From Eledone cirrhosa (lineage: Eukaryota), in NCBI GenBank assembly GCA_964016885.1, contig OZ024754.1:20956001-21020000 (forward strand): a stretch of 64,000 nucleotides of DNA, written 5' to 3'. The translations under genes were made by a program, and so were the position numbers. Below, in pieces: positions 13,601-28,300 of the stretch (position 1 is its first letter; each line of letters opens with the position of its first letter). The notes below the pieces were generated by a model. It saw only the letters and a program-made list of their open reading frames with translations, was not told the origin of the DNA and ran no database searches.

Positions 13601-16600
13601 TTACACTTGGTATTAACATAGACTCCCTCCCATATTACCCTTGGTATTAACAAAGACTCCCTCCCATATTAGCCTTGGTACTAACATAGGGACTCCCTGC
13701 CATATAAGACATGGTATTAACATAGGGACTCCCTCCCATATTACCCTTGGTATTAACATAGGGACTCCCTCCCATATTAGACTTGGTATTAACATAGACT
13801 CCCGCCCATATTAACCTGGTATTATCATAGGGACTCCCTCCCATATTACCCTTTGGTATTAACATAGACTCCCTCCCATATTACCCTTGGTATTAACATA
13901 GACTCCCTCCCATATTACCCTTGGTACTAACATAGACTCCCTCCCATATTACCCTTGGTATTAACATAGGGACTCCCTCCTATATTAGATTTGGTATTAA
14001 CATAGACTCCCTCCCATATTACCCTTGGTATTAACATGCACTCCCTTCTATATTAGTCGTGGTATTAACATAGGGACTCGCTCCCATATTACCCTTGGTA
14101 TTAACATAGGGACTCCCTCCCATATTAGACTTGGTATTAACATAGACTCCCTCCCATATTAGAATTGGTATTAACATAGACTCCCTCCCATATTACCCTT
14201 GGAATTAACATAGGGACTGCCTCACATATTACCCTTGGTATTAACATAGACTCCCTCCCATATTAGCCTTGGTATTAACATAGACTCCCTCCCATATTAG
14301 CCTTGGTATTAACATAGACTCCCTCCCATATTAGCCTTAGTATTAACATAGACTCCTTCCCATATTACCCTTGGTATTAACATAGACTCCCTCCCATATT
14401 ACACTTGGTATTAACATAGACTCCCTCCCATATTACCCTTGGTATTAACATAGGGACTCCCTCACATATTACCCTTGGTATTAACATAGAGACACCCTCC
14501 CATATTACCCTTGGTATTAACATAGGGACTCCCTCCCATATTACACTTGGTATTAATATAGAGACTCCCTCCCATATTACCCTTGGTATTAACATAGATT
14601 CCTTCCCATACTAACATAGACCCCCTCCCATATTACCCTTGGTATTAACATAGGGACTCCCTCCTATATTAGATTTGGTATTAACATAGACTCCCTCCCA
14701 TATTACCCTTGGTATTAACATGCACTCCCTTCTATATTAGTCTTGGTATTAACATAGGGACTCCCTCCCATATTAGACTTGGTATTAACATAGACTCCCT
14801 CCCATATTAGAATTGGTATTAACATAGACTCCCTCCTATATTACCCTTGGTATTAACATAGGGACTCCCTCACATATTACCCTTGGTATTAACATAGGGA
14901 CTCCCTCCCATATTACCCTTGGTATTAACATAGACTCCCTCCCATATTACCCTTGGTATTATCATAGGGACTCCCTCCCATATTACCCTTGGTATTAACA
15001 TAGACTCCCTCCCATATTACCCTTGGTATTAACATAGACACCCTCCCATATTACCCTTGGTATTATCATATGGACACCCTCCCATATTACCCTTGGTATT
15101 AACATAGACTCCCTCCCATATTACCCTTGGTATTAACAAAGACTCCCTCCCATATTAGCCTTGGTACTAACATAGGGACTCCCTGCCATATAAGACATGG
15201 TATTAACATAGGGACTCCCTCCCATATTACCCTTGGTATTAACATAGGGACTCCCTCCCATATTAGACTTGGTATTAACATAGACTCCCGCCCATATTAA
15301 CCTGGTATTATCATAGGGACTCCCTCCCATATTACCCTTTGGTATTAACATAGACTCCCTCCCATATTACCCTTGGTATTAACATAGACTCCCTCCCATA
15401 TTACCCTTGGTACTAACATAGACTCCCTCCCATATTACCCTTGGTATTAACATAGGGACTCCCTCCTATATTAGATTTGGTATTAACATAGACTCCCTCC
15501 CATATTACCCTTGGTATTAACATGCACTCCCTTCTATATTAGTCGTGGTATTAACATAGGGACTCGCTCCCATATTACCCTTGGTATTAACATAGGGACT
15601 CCCTCCCATATTAGACTTGGTATTAACATAGACTCCCTCCCATATTAGAATTGGTATTAACATAGACTCCCTCCCATATTACCCTTGGAATTAACATAGG
15701 GACTGCCTCACATATTACCCTTGGTATTAACATAGACTCCCTCCCATATTAGCCTTGGTATTAACATAGACTCCCTCCCATATTAGCCTTGGTATTAACA
15801 TAGACTCCCTCCCATATTAGCCTTAGTATTAACATAGACTCCTTCCCATATTACCCTTGGTATTAACATAGACTCCCTCCCATATTACACTTGGTATTAA
15901 CATAGACTCCCTCCCATATTACCCTTGGTATTAACATAGGGACTCCCTCCCATAATACCCTTGGTATTAACACAGGGACTCCCTCCCATATTGCCCTTGG
16001 TATTAACATAGACTCCCTCCCATGTTACCCTTGGTATTATCATAGGGACTCCCTCCCATATTACCCTTGGTATTAACATAGTCTCCCTCCCATATTACCC
16101 TTGGTATTATCATATGGACACCCTCCCATATTACCCTTGGTATTAACATAGACTCCCTCCCATATTACCCTTGGTATTGACATAGACTCCCTCCCATATT
16201 AGCCTTGGTATTAACATAGGGACTCCCTCCCATATTACCCTTGGTATTAACATAGGGACTCCCTGCCATATTAGACTTGGTATTAACATAGACTCCCTCC
16301 CATATTACCCTTGGTATTAACATAGGGACTCCCTCCCATATTACCCTTGGTATTAACATAGACACCCTCCCATATTACCCTTGGTATTATCATATGGACA
16401 CCCTCCCATATTACCCTTGGTATTAACATAGACTCCCTCCCATATTACCCTTGGTATTAACATGCACTCCCTTCTATATCAGACGTGGTATTAACATAGA
16501 GACTCCCTCCCATATTAGACTTGGTATTAACATAGGGACTCACTCCCATATTACCCTTGGTATTAACATAGGGACTCCCTCACATATTACCCTTGGTATT

Positions 16601-17030
16601 AACATAGAGACACCCTCCCATATTACCCTTGGTATTAACATAGGGACTCCCTCCCATATTACACTTGGTATTAATATAGAGACTCCCTCCCATATTACCC
16701 TTGGTATTAACATAGATTCCTTCCCATACTAACATAGACCCCCTCCCATATTACCCTTGGTATTAACATAGGGACTCCCTCCTATATTAGATTTGGTATT
16801 AACATAGACTCCCTCCCATATTACCCTTGGTATTAACATGCACTCCCTTCTATATTAGTCTTGGTATTAACATAGGGACTCCCTCCCATATTAGACTTGG
16901 TATTAACATAGACTCCCTCCCATATTAGAATTGGTATTAACATAGACTCCCTCCTATATTACCCTTGGTATTAACATAGGGACTCCCTCACATATTACCC
17001 TTGGTATTAACATAGGGACTCCCTCCCATA
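10570..17030. repeat. Mosaic of near-identical duplicated blocks (four copies of an ~0.8-kb core; offsets 2152, 798, 1486; outer copies 4436/4402 apart)
   Basis: Identical ORFs at 10663, 12815, 13613 and 15099 (marker GCCATATAAGACATGG). Also 11461/15897 and 12049/16451. Confidence 0.9.
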
Positions 17031-20000
17031 TTTCCCTTGGTATTAACATAGAGACTCCCTCCCATATTAACCTTGGTATTAACATAGACTCCCTCCCATA
17101 TTAGACTTGGTATTAACATAGACTCTCTCCCATATTACCCTTGGTATTAACATAGACTCCCTCCCATATTAGCCTTGGTATTAACATAGAGACTCCACCC
17201 CCCATATTACCCTTGATATTAATATGGACTCCCTCCCATATTACCCTTGGTATTAACATAGACTCCCTCCCATATTACCCTTGGTATTAACATAGACTCC
17301 CTCCCATACTACCCTTGGTAGTAACATAGGGACTCCCTCCCGTATTAGCCATGGTATTAACATAGACTCCCTCCCATATTACCCTTGGTATTAACATAGG
17401 GACTCCCTCCCGTATTAGCCATGGTATTAACATAGACTCCCTCCCGTATTACCCTTGGTATTATCATATGGACACCCTCCCATATTACCCTTGGTATTAA
17501 CATAGGGACTCCCTCCCATATTACCCTTGGTATTAACATAGGGACTCTCTCCCATATTAGCCTTGGCATTAAGATAGACTCCCTCCCATATTACCCTTGG
17601 TATTAACATAGACACCCTCCCATATTACCCTTGGTATTAACATAGACTCCCTCCCATATTAGCCTTGGTATTAACATAGGGACTCCCTCCTATATTACCC
17701 TTAGTATTAACATAGACTCACTCCCATATTACCCTTGGTATTAACATAGACTCCCTCCAATATTAGCCTTGGTATTAACATAGACTCCCTCCCATATTAG
17801 CCTTGGTATTAACATAGACTCCCTCCCATATTAGTTTTGGTATTAACATAGACTCCCTCCCATATTAGCCTTAGTATTAACATAGACTCCTTCCCATATT
17901 ACCCTTGGTATTAACATAGACTCCCTCCCATATTACCCTTGCTATTAACATAGACTCCCTCCCATATTACCTTTGGTATTAACATAGACTCCCTCCCATA
18001 TAACCCTTGGTATTAACATAGGGACTCCCTCCCATATTACCCTTGGTATTAACATAGGGACTCCCTCCCATATTGCCCTTGGTATTAACATAGACTCCCT
18101 CCCATATTACCCTTGGTATTATCATAGGGACTCTCTCCCATATTACCCTTGGTATTAACATAGACTCCCTCCCATATTACCCTTGGTATTAACATAGGGA
18201 CTCCCTCCCGTATTAGCCATGGTATTAACATACACTCCCTCCCATATTAGCCTTGGTATTAACATAGAGACTCCCCCCATATTACCCTTGGTATTAACAT
18301 AGACACCCTCCCATATTACCCTTGGTATTATCATATGGACACCCTCCCATATTACCCTTGGTATTAACATAGACTCCCTCCCATATTAGCCTTGGTATTA
18401 ACATACGGACTCCCTCCCATATTACCCTTAGTATTAACATAGGGACTCCCTGCCATATTAGACTTGGTATTAACATAGAGACTCCCTCCCATATTACCCT
18501 TGGTATTAACATAGGGACTCTTTCACATATTACCCTTGGTATTAACATAGAGACACCCTCCCATATTACCCTTGGTATTAACATAGAGACTCCCTCCCAT
18601 ATTAGACTTGGTATTAACATAGACTGCATCCCATATTACCCTTGGTATTAACATAGGGACTCCCTCCCATATTACACTTGGTATTAATATAGAGACTCCC
18701 TCCCATATTACCGCTGGTATTAACATAGACTCCCTCCCATATTAGACTTGGTATTAATATAGAGACTCCCTCCCATATTACCCTTGGTATTAACATAGAC
18801 TACCTCCCATATTACCCTTGGTATTAATATAGAGACTCCCTCCCATATTACCCTTGGTATTAACATAGACTCCCTCCCATATTACCCTTCGTATTAACAT
18901 AGGGACTCCCTCCCATATTACCCTTGGTATTAACATAGGGACTCCCTCCCATATTAGACTTGGTATTAACATAGACTCCCTCCCATATTACCCTTGGTAT
19001 TATCATAGGGACTCCCTCCCATATTACCCTTGGTATTAACATAGACTCCCTCCCATATTAACATTGGTATTAACATAGAGACTCCCTCCCATATTACCCT
19101 TGGTATTAACATAGACTCCCTCCCATACTACCCTTGGTAGTGACATAGGGACTCCCTCCCGTATTAGCCATGGTATTAACATAGATTCCCTCCCATATTA
19201 CCCTTGGTATTAACATAGGGACTCCCTCCCGTATTAGCCATGGTATTAACATAGACTCCCTCCCATATTACCCTTGGTATTAACATAGACTCCCTCCCAT
19301 ATTAGCCTTGGTATTAACATAGAGACTCCCTCCCATATTACCCTTGGTATTAACATAGACTCCCTCCCATACTACCCTTGGTAGTAACATAGGGACTCCC
19401 TCCCGTATTAGCCATGGTATTAACATAGACTCCCTCCCATATTACCCTTGGTATTAACATAGACACCCTCCCATATTACCCTTGGTACTATCATATGGAC
19501 ACCCTCCTATATTACCCTTGGTATTAACATAGACTCCCTCCCATATTAGCCTTGGTATTAACATAGGGACTCCCTCCCATATTACCCTTGGTATTAACAT
19601 AGGGACTCCCTGCCATATTAGACTTGGTATTAACATAGACTCCCTCCCATATTACCCTTGGTACTAACATAGACTCCCTCCCATATTACCCTTGGCATTA
19701 ACATAGGGACTCCCTCCTATATTAGACTTGGTATTAACATAGACTCCCTCCCATATTACTCTTGGTATTAACATGCACTCCTTCTATATCAGACGTGGTA
19801 TTAACATAGGGACTCCCTCCCATATTAGACTTGGTATTAACAGAGGGAATCCCTCAGATATTATCCTTGTTATTAATACATACTCCCTCCCATATTAGCC
19901 TTGGTATTAACATAGGGACTCCCTCCCATATTAGACTTGGTATTAACATAGACTCCCTCCCATATTAGACTTGGTATTAACATAGGGACTCCCTCCCGTA

Positions 20001-23000
20001 TTACCCTTGGTATTAACATAGGGACTCTTTCACATATTACCCTTGGTATTAACATAGAGACACCCTCCCATATTACCCTTGGTATTAACATAGAGACTCC
20101 CTCCCATATTAGATTTGGTATTAACATAGACTGCCTCCCATATTAGATTTGGTATTAACATAGACTGCCTCCCATATTACCCTTGGTATTAACATAGGGA
20201 CTCCCTCCCATATTACACTTGGTATTAATATAGAGACTCCCTCCCATATTACCGTTGGTATGAACATAGACTCCCTCCCATAGTAGCCTTCGTATTAACA
20301 TAGGGACTCCCTCCCATATTACCCTTGGTATTAACATAGGGACTCCCTCCCATATTACCCTTGGTATTATCATAGGGACTCCCTCCCATATTACCCTTGG
20401 TATTAACGTAGACTCCCTCCCATATTATCCTTGGTATTAACATAGACTCCCTCCCATATTACCCTTGGTATTAACATAGACTCCCTCCCATATTACCCTT
20501 GGTATTAACATGCACTCTCTTCTATATCAGACGTGGTATTAACATAGGGACTCCCTCCCATATTAGACTTGGTATTAACATAGGTACTCCCTACCATATT
20601 ACCCTTGGTATTAACACAGACTCCATCCCATATTAGCCTTGGTATTAACATAGGGACTCCCTCCCATATTAGACTTGGTATTAACATAGACTCCCTCCCA
20701 TATTAGACTTGGTATTAACATAGGGACTCCCTCCCATATTACCCTTGGTATTAACATAGGGACTCCCTCCCATATTACACTTGGTATTAATATAGAGACT
20801 CCCTCCCATATTACCCTTGGTATTAACATAGACTCCCTCCCATATTAGACTTGGTATTAATATAGAGACTCCCTCCCATATTACCCTTGGTATTAACATA
20901 CACTCCCTCCCATATTAGACTTCGTATTAATATAGAGACTCCCTCCCATATTACCCTTGGTATTAACATAGACTACCTCCCATATTACCCTTGGTATTAA
21001 TATAGAGACTCCCTCCCATATTACCCTTGGTATTAACATAGACTCCCTCCCATATTAGCCTTCGTATTAACATAGGGACTCCCTCCCATATTACCCTTGG
21101 TATTAAAATAGGGACTCCCTCCCATACTAGACTTGGTATTAACATAGACTCCCTCCCATATTACCATTGGTATTAACATAGACTCCCTCCCATATTATCC
21201 TTGGTACTAACATAGACTCCCTCCCATATTACTCTTGGTATTAACATAGACTCCCTCCCATATTACCCTTGGTATTAACATAGACTCCCTCCCATACTAG
21301 CCTTGGTATTAACATAGGGACTCCCTGCAATATTAGACTTGGTATTAACATAGACTCCCTCCCATATTACCCTTGGTATTAACATAGACTCCCTCCCATA
21401 TTACCCTTGGTACTAACATAGACTCCCTTCCATATTACCCTTGGTATTAACATAGGGACACCCTCCTATATTAGACTTGGTATTAACATAGACTCCCTCC
21501 CATATTACCCTTGGTATTAACATGCACTCCCTTCTATATCAGACGTGGTATTAACATAGGGACTCCCTCCCATATTAGCCTTGGTATTAACATAGGGACT
21601 CCCTGCCATATTAGACTTGGTATTAACATAGACTCCCTCCCATATTACCCTTGGTATTAACATAGACTCCCTCCCATATTACCCTTGGTATTAACATAGG
21701 GACTCCCTCCCATATTACCCTTGGTATTAACATAGACACCCTCCCATATTACCCTTGGTATTATCATATGGACACCCTCCCATATTACCCTTGGTATTAA
21801 CATAGACTCCCTCCCATATTACCCTTGGTATTAACATGCACTCCCTTCTATATCAGACGTGGTATTAACATAGGGACTCCCTCCCATATTAGACTTGGTA
21901 TTAACATAGGGACTCACTCCCATATTACCCTTGGTATTAACATAGGGACTCCCTCACATATTACCCTTGGTATTAACATAGAGACACCCTCCCATATTAC
22001 CCTTGGTATTAACATAGGGACTCCCTCCCATATTACACTTGGTATTAATATAGAGACTCCCTCCCATATTACCCTTGGTATTAACATAGATTCCTTCCCA
22101 TATTACCCTTGGTACTAACATAGACCCCCTCCCATATTACCCTTGGTATTAACATAGGGACTCCCTCCTATATTAGATTTGGTATTAACATAGACTCCCT
22201 CCCATATTACCCTTGGTATTAACATGCACTCCCTTCTATATTAGTCTTGGTATTAACATAGGGACTCGCTCCCATATTACCCTTGGTATTAACATAGGGA
22301 CTCCCTCCCATATTAGACTTGGTATTAACATAGACTCCCTCCCATATTAGAATTGGTATTAACATAGACTCCCTCCTATATTACCCTTGGTATTAACATA
22401 GGGACTCCCTCACATATTACCCTTGGTATTAACATAGGGACTCCCTCCCATATTTCCCTTGGTATTAACATAGAGACTCCCTCCCATATTACCCTTGGTA
22501 TTAACATAGACTCCCTCCCATATTACCTTGGGTATTAATATAGAGACTCCCTCCCATATTAACCTTGGTATTAACATAGACTCCCTCCCATATTAGACTT
22601 GGTATTAACATAGACTCTCTCCCATATTACCCTTGGTATTAACATAGACTCCCTCCCATATTAGCCTTGGTATTAACATAGATACTCCACCCCCCATATT
22701 ACCCTTGATATTAATATAGACTCCCTCCCATATTACCCTTGGTATTAACATAGACTCCCTCCCATATTACCCTTGGTATTAACATAGACTCCCTCCCATA
22801 TTACCCTTGGTATTAACATAGACTCCCTCCCATACTACCCTTGGTAGTAACATAGGGACTCCCTCCCGTATTAGCCATGGTATTAACATAGACTCCCTCC
22901 CATATTACCCTTGGTATTAACATAGGGACTCCCTCCCGTATTAGCCATGGTATTAACATAGACTCCCTCCCGTATTACCCTTGGTATTAACATAGACACC

Positions 23001-24330
23001 CTCCCATATTACCCTTGGTATTATCATATGGACACCCTCCCATATTACCCTTGGTATTAACATAGGGACTCCCTCCCATATTACCCTTGGTATTAACATA
23101 GGGACTCTCTCCCATATTAGCCTTGGTATTAAGATAGACTCCCTCCCATATTACCCTTGGTATTAACATAGACACCCTCCCATATTACCCTTGGTATTAA
23201 CATAGACTCCCTCCCATATTAGCCTTGGTATTAACATAGGGACTCCCTCCTATATTACCCTTAGTATTAACATAGACTCACTCCCATATTACCCTTGGTA
23301 TTAACATAGACTCCCTCCCATATTAGCCTTGGTATTAACATAGACTCCCTCCCATATTAGCCTTGGTATTAACATAGACTCCCTCCCATATTAGCCTTGG
23401 TATTAACATAGACTCCCTCCCATATTAGCCTTAGTATTAACATAGACTCCTTCCCATATTACCCTTGGTATTAACATAGACTCCCTCCCATATTACCCTT
23501 GCTATTAACATAGACTCCCTCCCATATTACCTTTGGTATTAACATAGACTCCCTCCCATATTACCCTTGGTATTAACATAGGGACTCCCTCCCATATTGC
23601 CCTTGGTATTAACATAGACTCCCTCCCATATTACCCTTGGTATTATCATAGGGACTCCCTCCCATATTACCCTTGGTATTAACATAGACTCCCTCCCATA
23701 TTACCCTTGGTATTAACATAGGGACTCCCTCCCGTATTAGCCATGGTATTAACATACACTCCCTCCCATATTAGCCTTGGTATTAACATAGAGACTCCCC
23801 CCATATTACCCTTGGTATTAACATAGACACCCTCCCATATTACCCTTGGTATTATCATATGGACACCCTCCCATATTACCCTTGGTATTAACATAGACTC
23901 CCTCCCATATTAACCTTGGTATTAACATACGGACTCCCTCCCATATTACCCTTAGTATTAACATAGGGACTCCCTGCCATATTAGACTTGGTATTAACAT
24001 AGAGACTCCCTCCCATATTACCCTTGGTATTAACATAGGGACTCTTTCACATATTACCCTTGGTATTAACATAGAGACACCCTCCCATATTACCCTTGGT
24101 ATTAACATAGAGACTCCCTCCCATATTAGACTTGGTATTAACATAGACTGCATCCCATATTACCCTTGGTATTAACATAGGGACTCCCTCCCATATTACA
24201 CTTGGTATTAATATAGAGACTCCCTCCCATATTACCGCTGGTATTAACATAGACTCCCTCCCATATTAGACTTGGTATTAATATAGAGACTCCCTCCCAT
24301 ATTACCCTTGGTATTAACATAGACTCCCTC
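17030..24330. repeat. Dispersed duplicated block ~5.5 kb apart (~17.0-18.8 kb and ~22.5-24.3 kb), with further copies near 33.0-34.2 kb and 38.1-38.8 kb
   Basis: ORFs 18155/23679, 18294/23818 and 18523/24047 (offset 5524). The same peptides recur at 33591/33730/33959 and 38159/38526. Markers include CATACGGACT, GACTGCATCCC and TTACCGCTGG. Confidence 0.85.
20762..21041. repeat. 70-bp dimeric sub-repeat (monomer ending AATATAG-AG plus canonical monomer), four units
   Basis: AATATAGAG at 20789, 20859, 20929 and 20999. The same four-unit spacing occurs at 1352, 1422, 1492 and 1562. Confidence 0.85.
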
Positions 24331-25309
24331 CCATAGTAGCCTTCGTATTAACATAGGGACTCCCTCCCATATTACCCTTGGTATAAACATAGGGACTCCC
24401 TCCCATATTAGACTTAGTATTAACATAGACTCCCTCCCATATTACCCTTGGTATTATCATAGGGACTCCCTCCCATATTACCCTTGGTATTAACATAGAC
24501 TCCCTCCCATATTATCCTTGGTATTAACATAGAATCCCTCCCATATTACCCTTGGTACTGACATAGACTCCCTCCCATATTACCCTTGGTATTAACATGC
24601 ACTCCCTATATCAGACGTAGTATTAACATAGGGACTCCCTCCCATATTAGACTTGGTATTAACATAGACTCCCTCCCATTTAGACTTGGTATTAACATAG
24701 ACTCCCTCCCATATTAGACTTGGTATTAACACAGGGACTCCCTCCCATATTACCCTTGGTATTAACATAGGGACTCCCTCCCATATTACACTTGGTATTA
24801 GTATAGAGACTCCATCCCATATTACCGTTGGTATTAACATAGACTCCCTCCCATATTAGACTTGGTATTAATATAGAGACTCCCTCCCATATTACCCTTG
24901 GTATTAACATAGACTCCCTCGCATATTAGAATTGGTATTAACATAGACTCCCTCCCATATTACCCTTGGTATTAACATAGAGACTCCCTCCCATATTACC
25001 CTTGGTATTAACATAGACTCCCTCCCATACTACCCTTGGTAGTAACATAGGGACTCCCTCCCGTATTAGCCATGGTATTATCATAGACTCCCTCCCATAT
25101 TACCCTTGGTATTAACATAGGGACTCCCTCCCGTATTAGCCATGGTATTAACATAGACTCCCTCCCATATTACCCTTGGTATTAACATAGACACCCTCCC
25201 ATATTACCCTTGGTATTATCATATGGACACCCTGCCATATTACCCTTGGTATTAACATAGACTCCCGCCCATATTAGCCTTGGTATTAACATAGGGACTC
25301 CCTCCCATA

Positions 25310-28300
25310 TTACCCTTGGTATTAACATAGGGACTCCCTCCCATATTAGACTTGGTATTAACATAGACTCCCTCCCATATTAGACTTGGTATTAACATAG
25401 GGACTCCCTCCCATATTACCCTTGGTATTAACATAGGGACTCTTTCACATATTACCCTTGGTATTAACATAGAGACACCCTCCCATATTACCCTTGGTAT
25501 TAACATAGGGACTCTTTCACATATTACCCTTGGTATTAACATAGAGACACCCTCCCATATTACCCTTGGTATTAACATAGGGACTCTTTCACATATTACC
25601 CTTGGTATTAACATAGGGACTCCCTCCCATATTACCCTTGGTATTAACATAGAGACTCCCTCCCATATTAGACTTCGTATTAACATAGACTGCCTCCCAT
25701 ATTACCCTTGGTATTAACATAGGGACTCCCTCCCATATTACACTTGGTATTAACATAGACTACTTCCCATATTACCCTTCGTATTAACATAGGGACTCCC
25801 TCCCATATTACACTTGGTATTAACATAGGGACTCCCTCCCATATTAGACGTGGTATTAACATAGACTCCCTCCCATATTAGACTTGGTATTAATATAGAG
25901 ACTCCCTCCCATATTAGCCTTGGTATTAACATAGACTCCCTCCCATATTAGACTTGGTATTAATATAGAGACTCCCTCCCATATTACCCTTGGTATTAAC
26001 ATAGACTACCTCCCATATTACCCTTGGTATTAATATAGAGACTCCCTCCCATATTACCCTTGGTATTAACATAGACTCCCTCCCATATTACCCTTCGTAT
26101 TAACATAGGGACTCCCTCCCATATTACCCTTGGTATTAACATAGGGACTCCCTCCCATATTAGACTTGGTATTAACATAGACTCCCTCCCATATTACCCT
26201 TGGTATTATCATAGGGACTCCCTCCCATATTACCCTTGGTATTAACATAGGGACTCCCTCCCGTATTAGCCATGGTATTAACATAGACTCCCTCCCATAT
26301 TACCCTTGGTATTAACATAGACTCCCTCCCATATTAGCCTTGGTATTAACATAGAGACTCCCTCCCATATTACCCTTGGTATTAACATAGACTCCCTCCC
26401 ATACTACCCTTGGTAGTAACATAGGGACTCCCTCCCGTATTAGCCATGGTATTAACATAGACTCCCTCCCATATTACCCTTGGTATTAACATAGACACCC
26501 TCCCATATTACCCTTGGTACTATCATATGGACACCCTCCTATATTACCCTTGGTATTAACATAGACTCCCTCCCATATTAGCCTTGGTATTATCATAGGG
26601 ACTCCCTCCCATATTACCCTTGGTATTAACATAGGGACTCCCTGCCATATTAGACTTGGTATTAACATAGACTCCCTCCCATATTACCCTTGGTACTAAC
26701 ATAGACTCCCTCCCATATTACCCTTGGCATTAACATAGGGACTCCCTCCTATATTAGACTTGGTATTAACATAGACTCCCTCCCATATTAGACTTGGTAT
26801 TAACAGAGGGAATCCCTCACATATTATCCTTGGTATTAATACATACTCCCTCCCATATTAGCCTTGGTATTAACATAGGGACTCCCTCCCATATTAGACT
26901 TGGTATTAACATAGACTCCCTCCCATATTAGACTTGGTATTAACATAGGGACTCCCTCCCGTATTACCCTTGGTATTAACATAGGGACTCTTTCACATAT
27001 TACCCTTGGTATTAACATAGAGACACCCTCCCATATTACCCTTGGTATTAACATAGAGACTCCCTCCCATATTAGATTTGGTATTAACATAGACTGCCTC
27101 CCATATTAGATTTGGTATTAACATAGACTGCCTCCCATATTACCCTTGGTATTAACATAGGGACTCCCTCCCATATTACACTTGGTATTAATATAGAGAC
27201 TCCCTCCCATATTACCGTTGGTATGAACATAGACTCCCTCCCATAGTAGCCTTCGTATTAACATAGGGACTCCCTCCCATATTACCCTTGGTATTAACAT
27301 AGGGACTCCCTCCCATATTACCCTTGGTATTATCATAGGGACTCCCTCCCATATTACCCTTGGTATTAACGTAGACTCCCTCCCATATTATCCTTGGTAT
27401 TAACATAGACTCCCTCCCATATTACCCTTGGTATTAACATAGACTCCCTCCCATATTACCCTTGGTATTAACATGCACTCTCTTCTATATCAGACGTGGT
27501 ATAAACATAGGGACTCCCTCCCATATTAGACTTGGTATTAACATAGGTACTCCCTACCATATTACCCTTGGTATTAACACAGACTCCATCCCATATTAGC
27601 CTTGGTATTAACATAGGGACTCCCTCCCATATTAGACTTGGTATTAACATAGACTCCCTCCCATATTAGACTTGGTATTAACATAGGGACTCCCTCCCAT
27701 ATTACCCTTGGTATTAACATAGGGACTCCCTCCCATATTACACTTGGTATTAATATAGAGACTCCCTCCCATATTACCCTTGGTATTAACATAGACTCCC
27801 TCCCATATTAGACTTGGTATTAATATAGAGACTCCCTCCCATATTACCCTTGGTATTAACATACACTCCCTCCCATATTAGACTTCGTATTAATATAGAC
27901 TCCCTCCCATATTACCCTTGGTATTAACATAGACTACCTCCCATATTACCCTTGGTATTAATATAGAGACTCCCTCCCATATTACCCTTGGTATTAACAT
28001 AGACTCCCTCCCATATTAGCCTTCGTATTAACATAGGGACTCCCTCCCATATTACCCTTGGTATTAAAATAGGGACTCCCTCCCATACTAGACTTGGTAT
28101 TAACATAGACTCCCTCCCATATTACCATTGGTATTAACATAGACTCCCTCCCATATTATCCTTGGTACTAACATAGACTCCCTCCCATATTACTCTTGGT
28201 ATTAACATAGACTCCCTCCCATATTACCCTTGGTATTAACATAGACTCCCTCCCATACTAGCCTTGGTATTAACATAGGGACTCCCTGCAATATTAGACT

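Noticed and set aside
25252-25686. Longest ORF (144 aa; also 28478 and 40048) as a real gene
   Set aside because: It is explained by the local 72-bp dimer expansion, is embedded in the satellite, and its copies differ at the ends according to duplication junctions.
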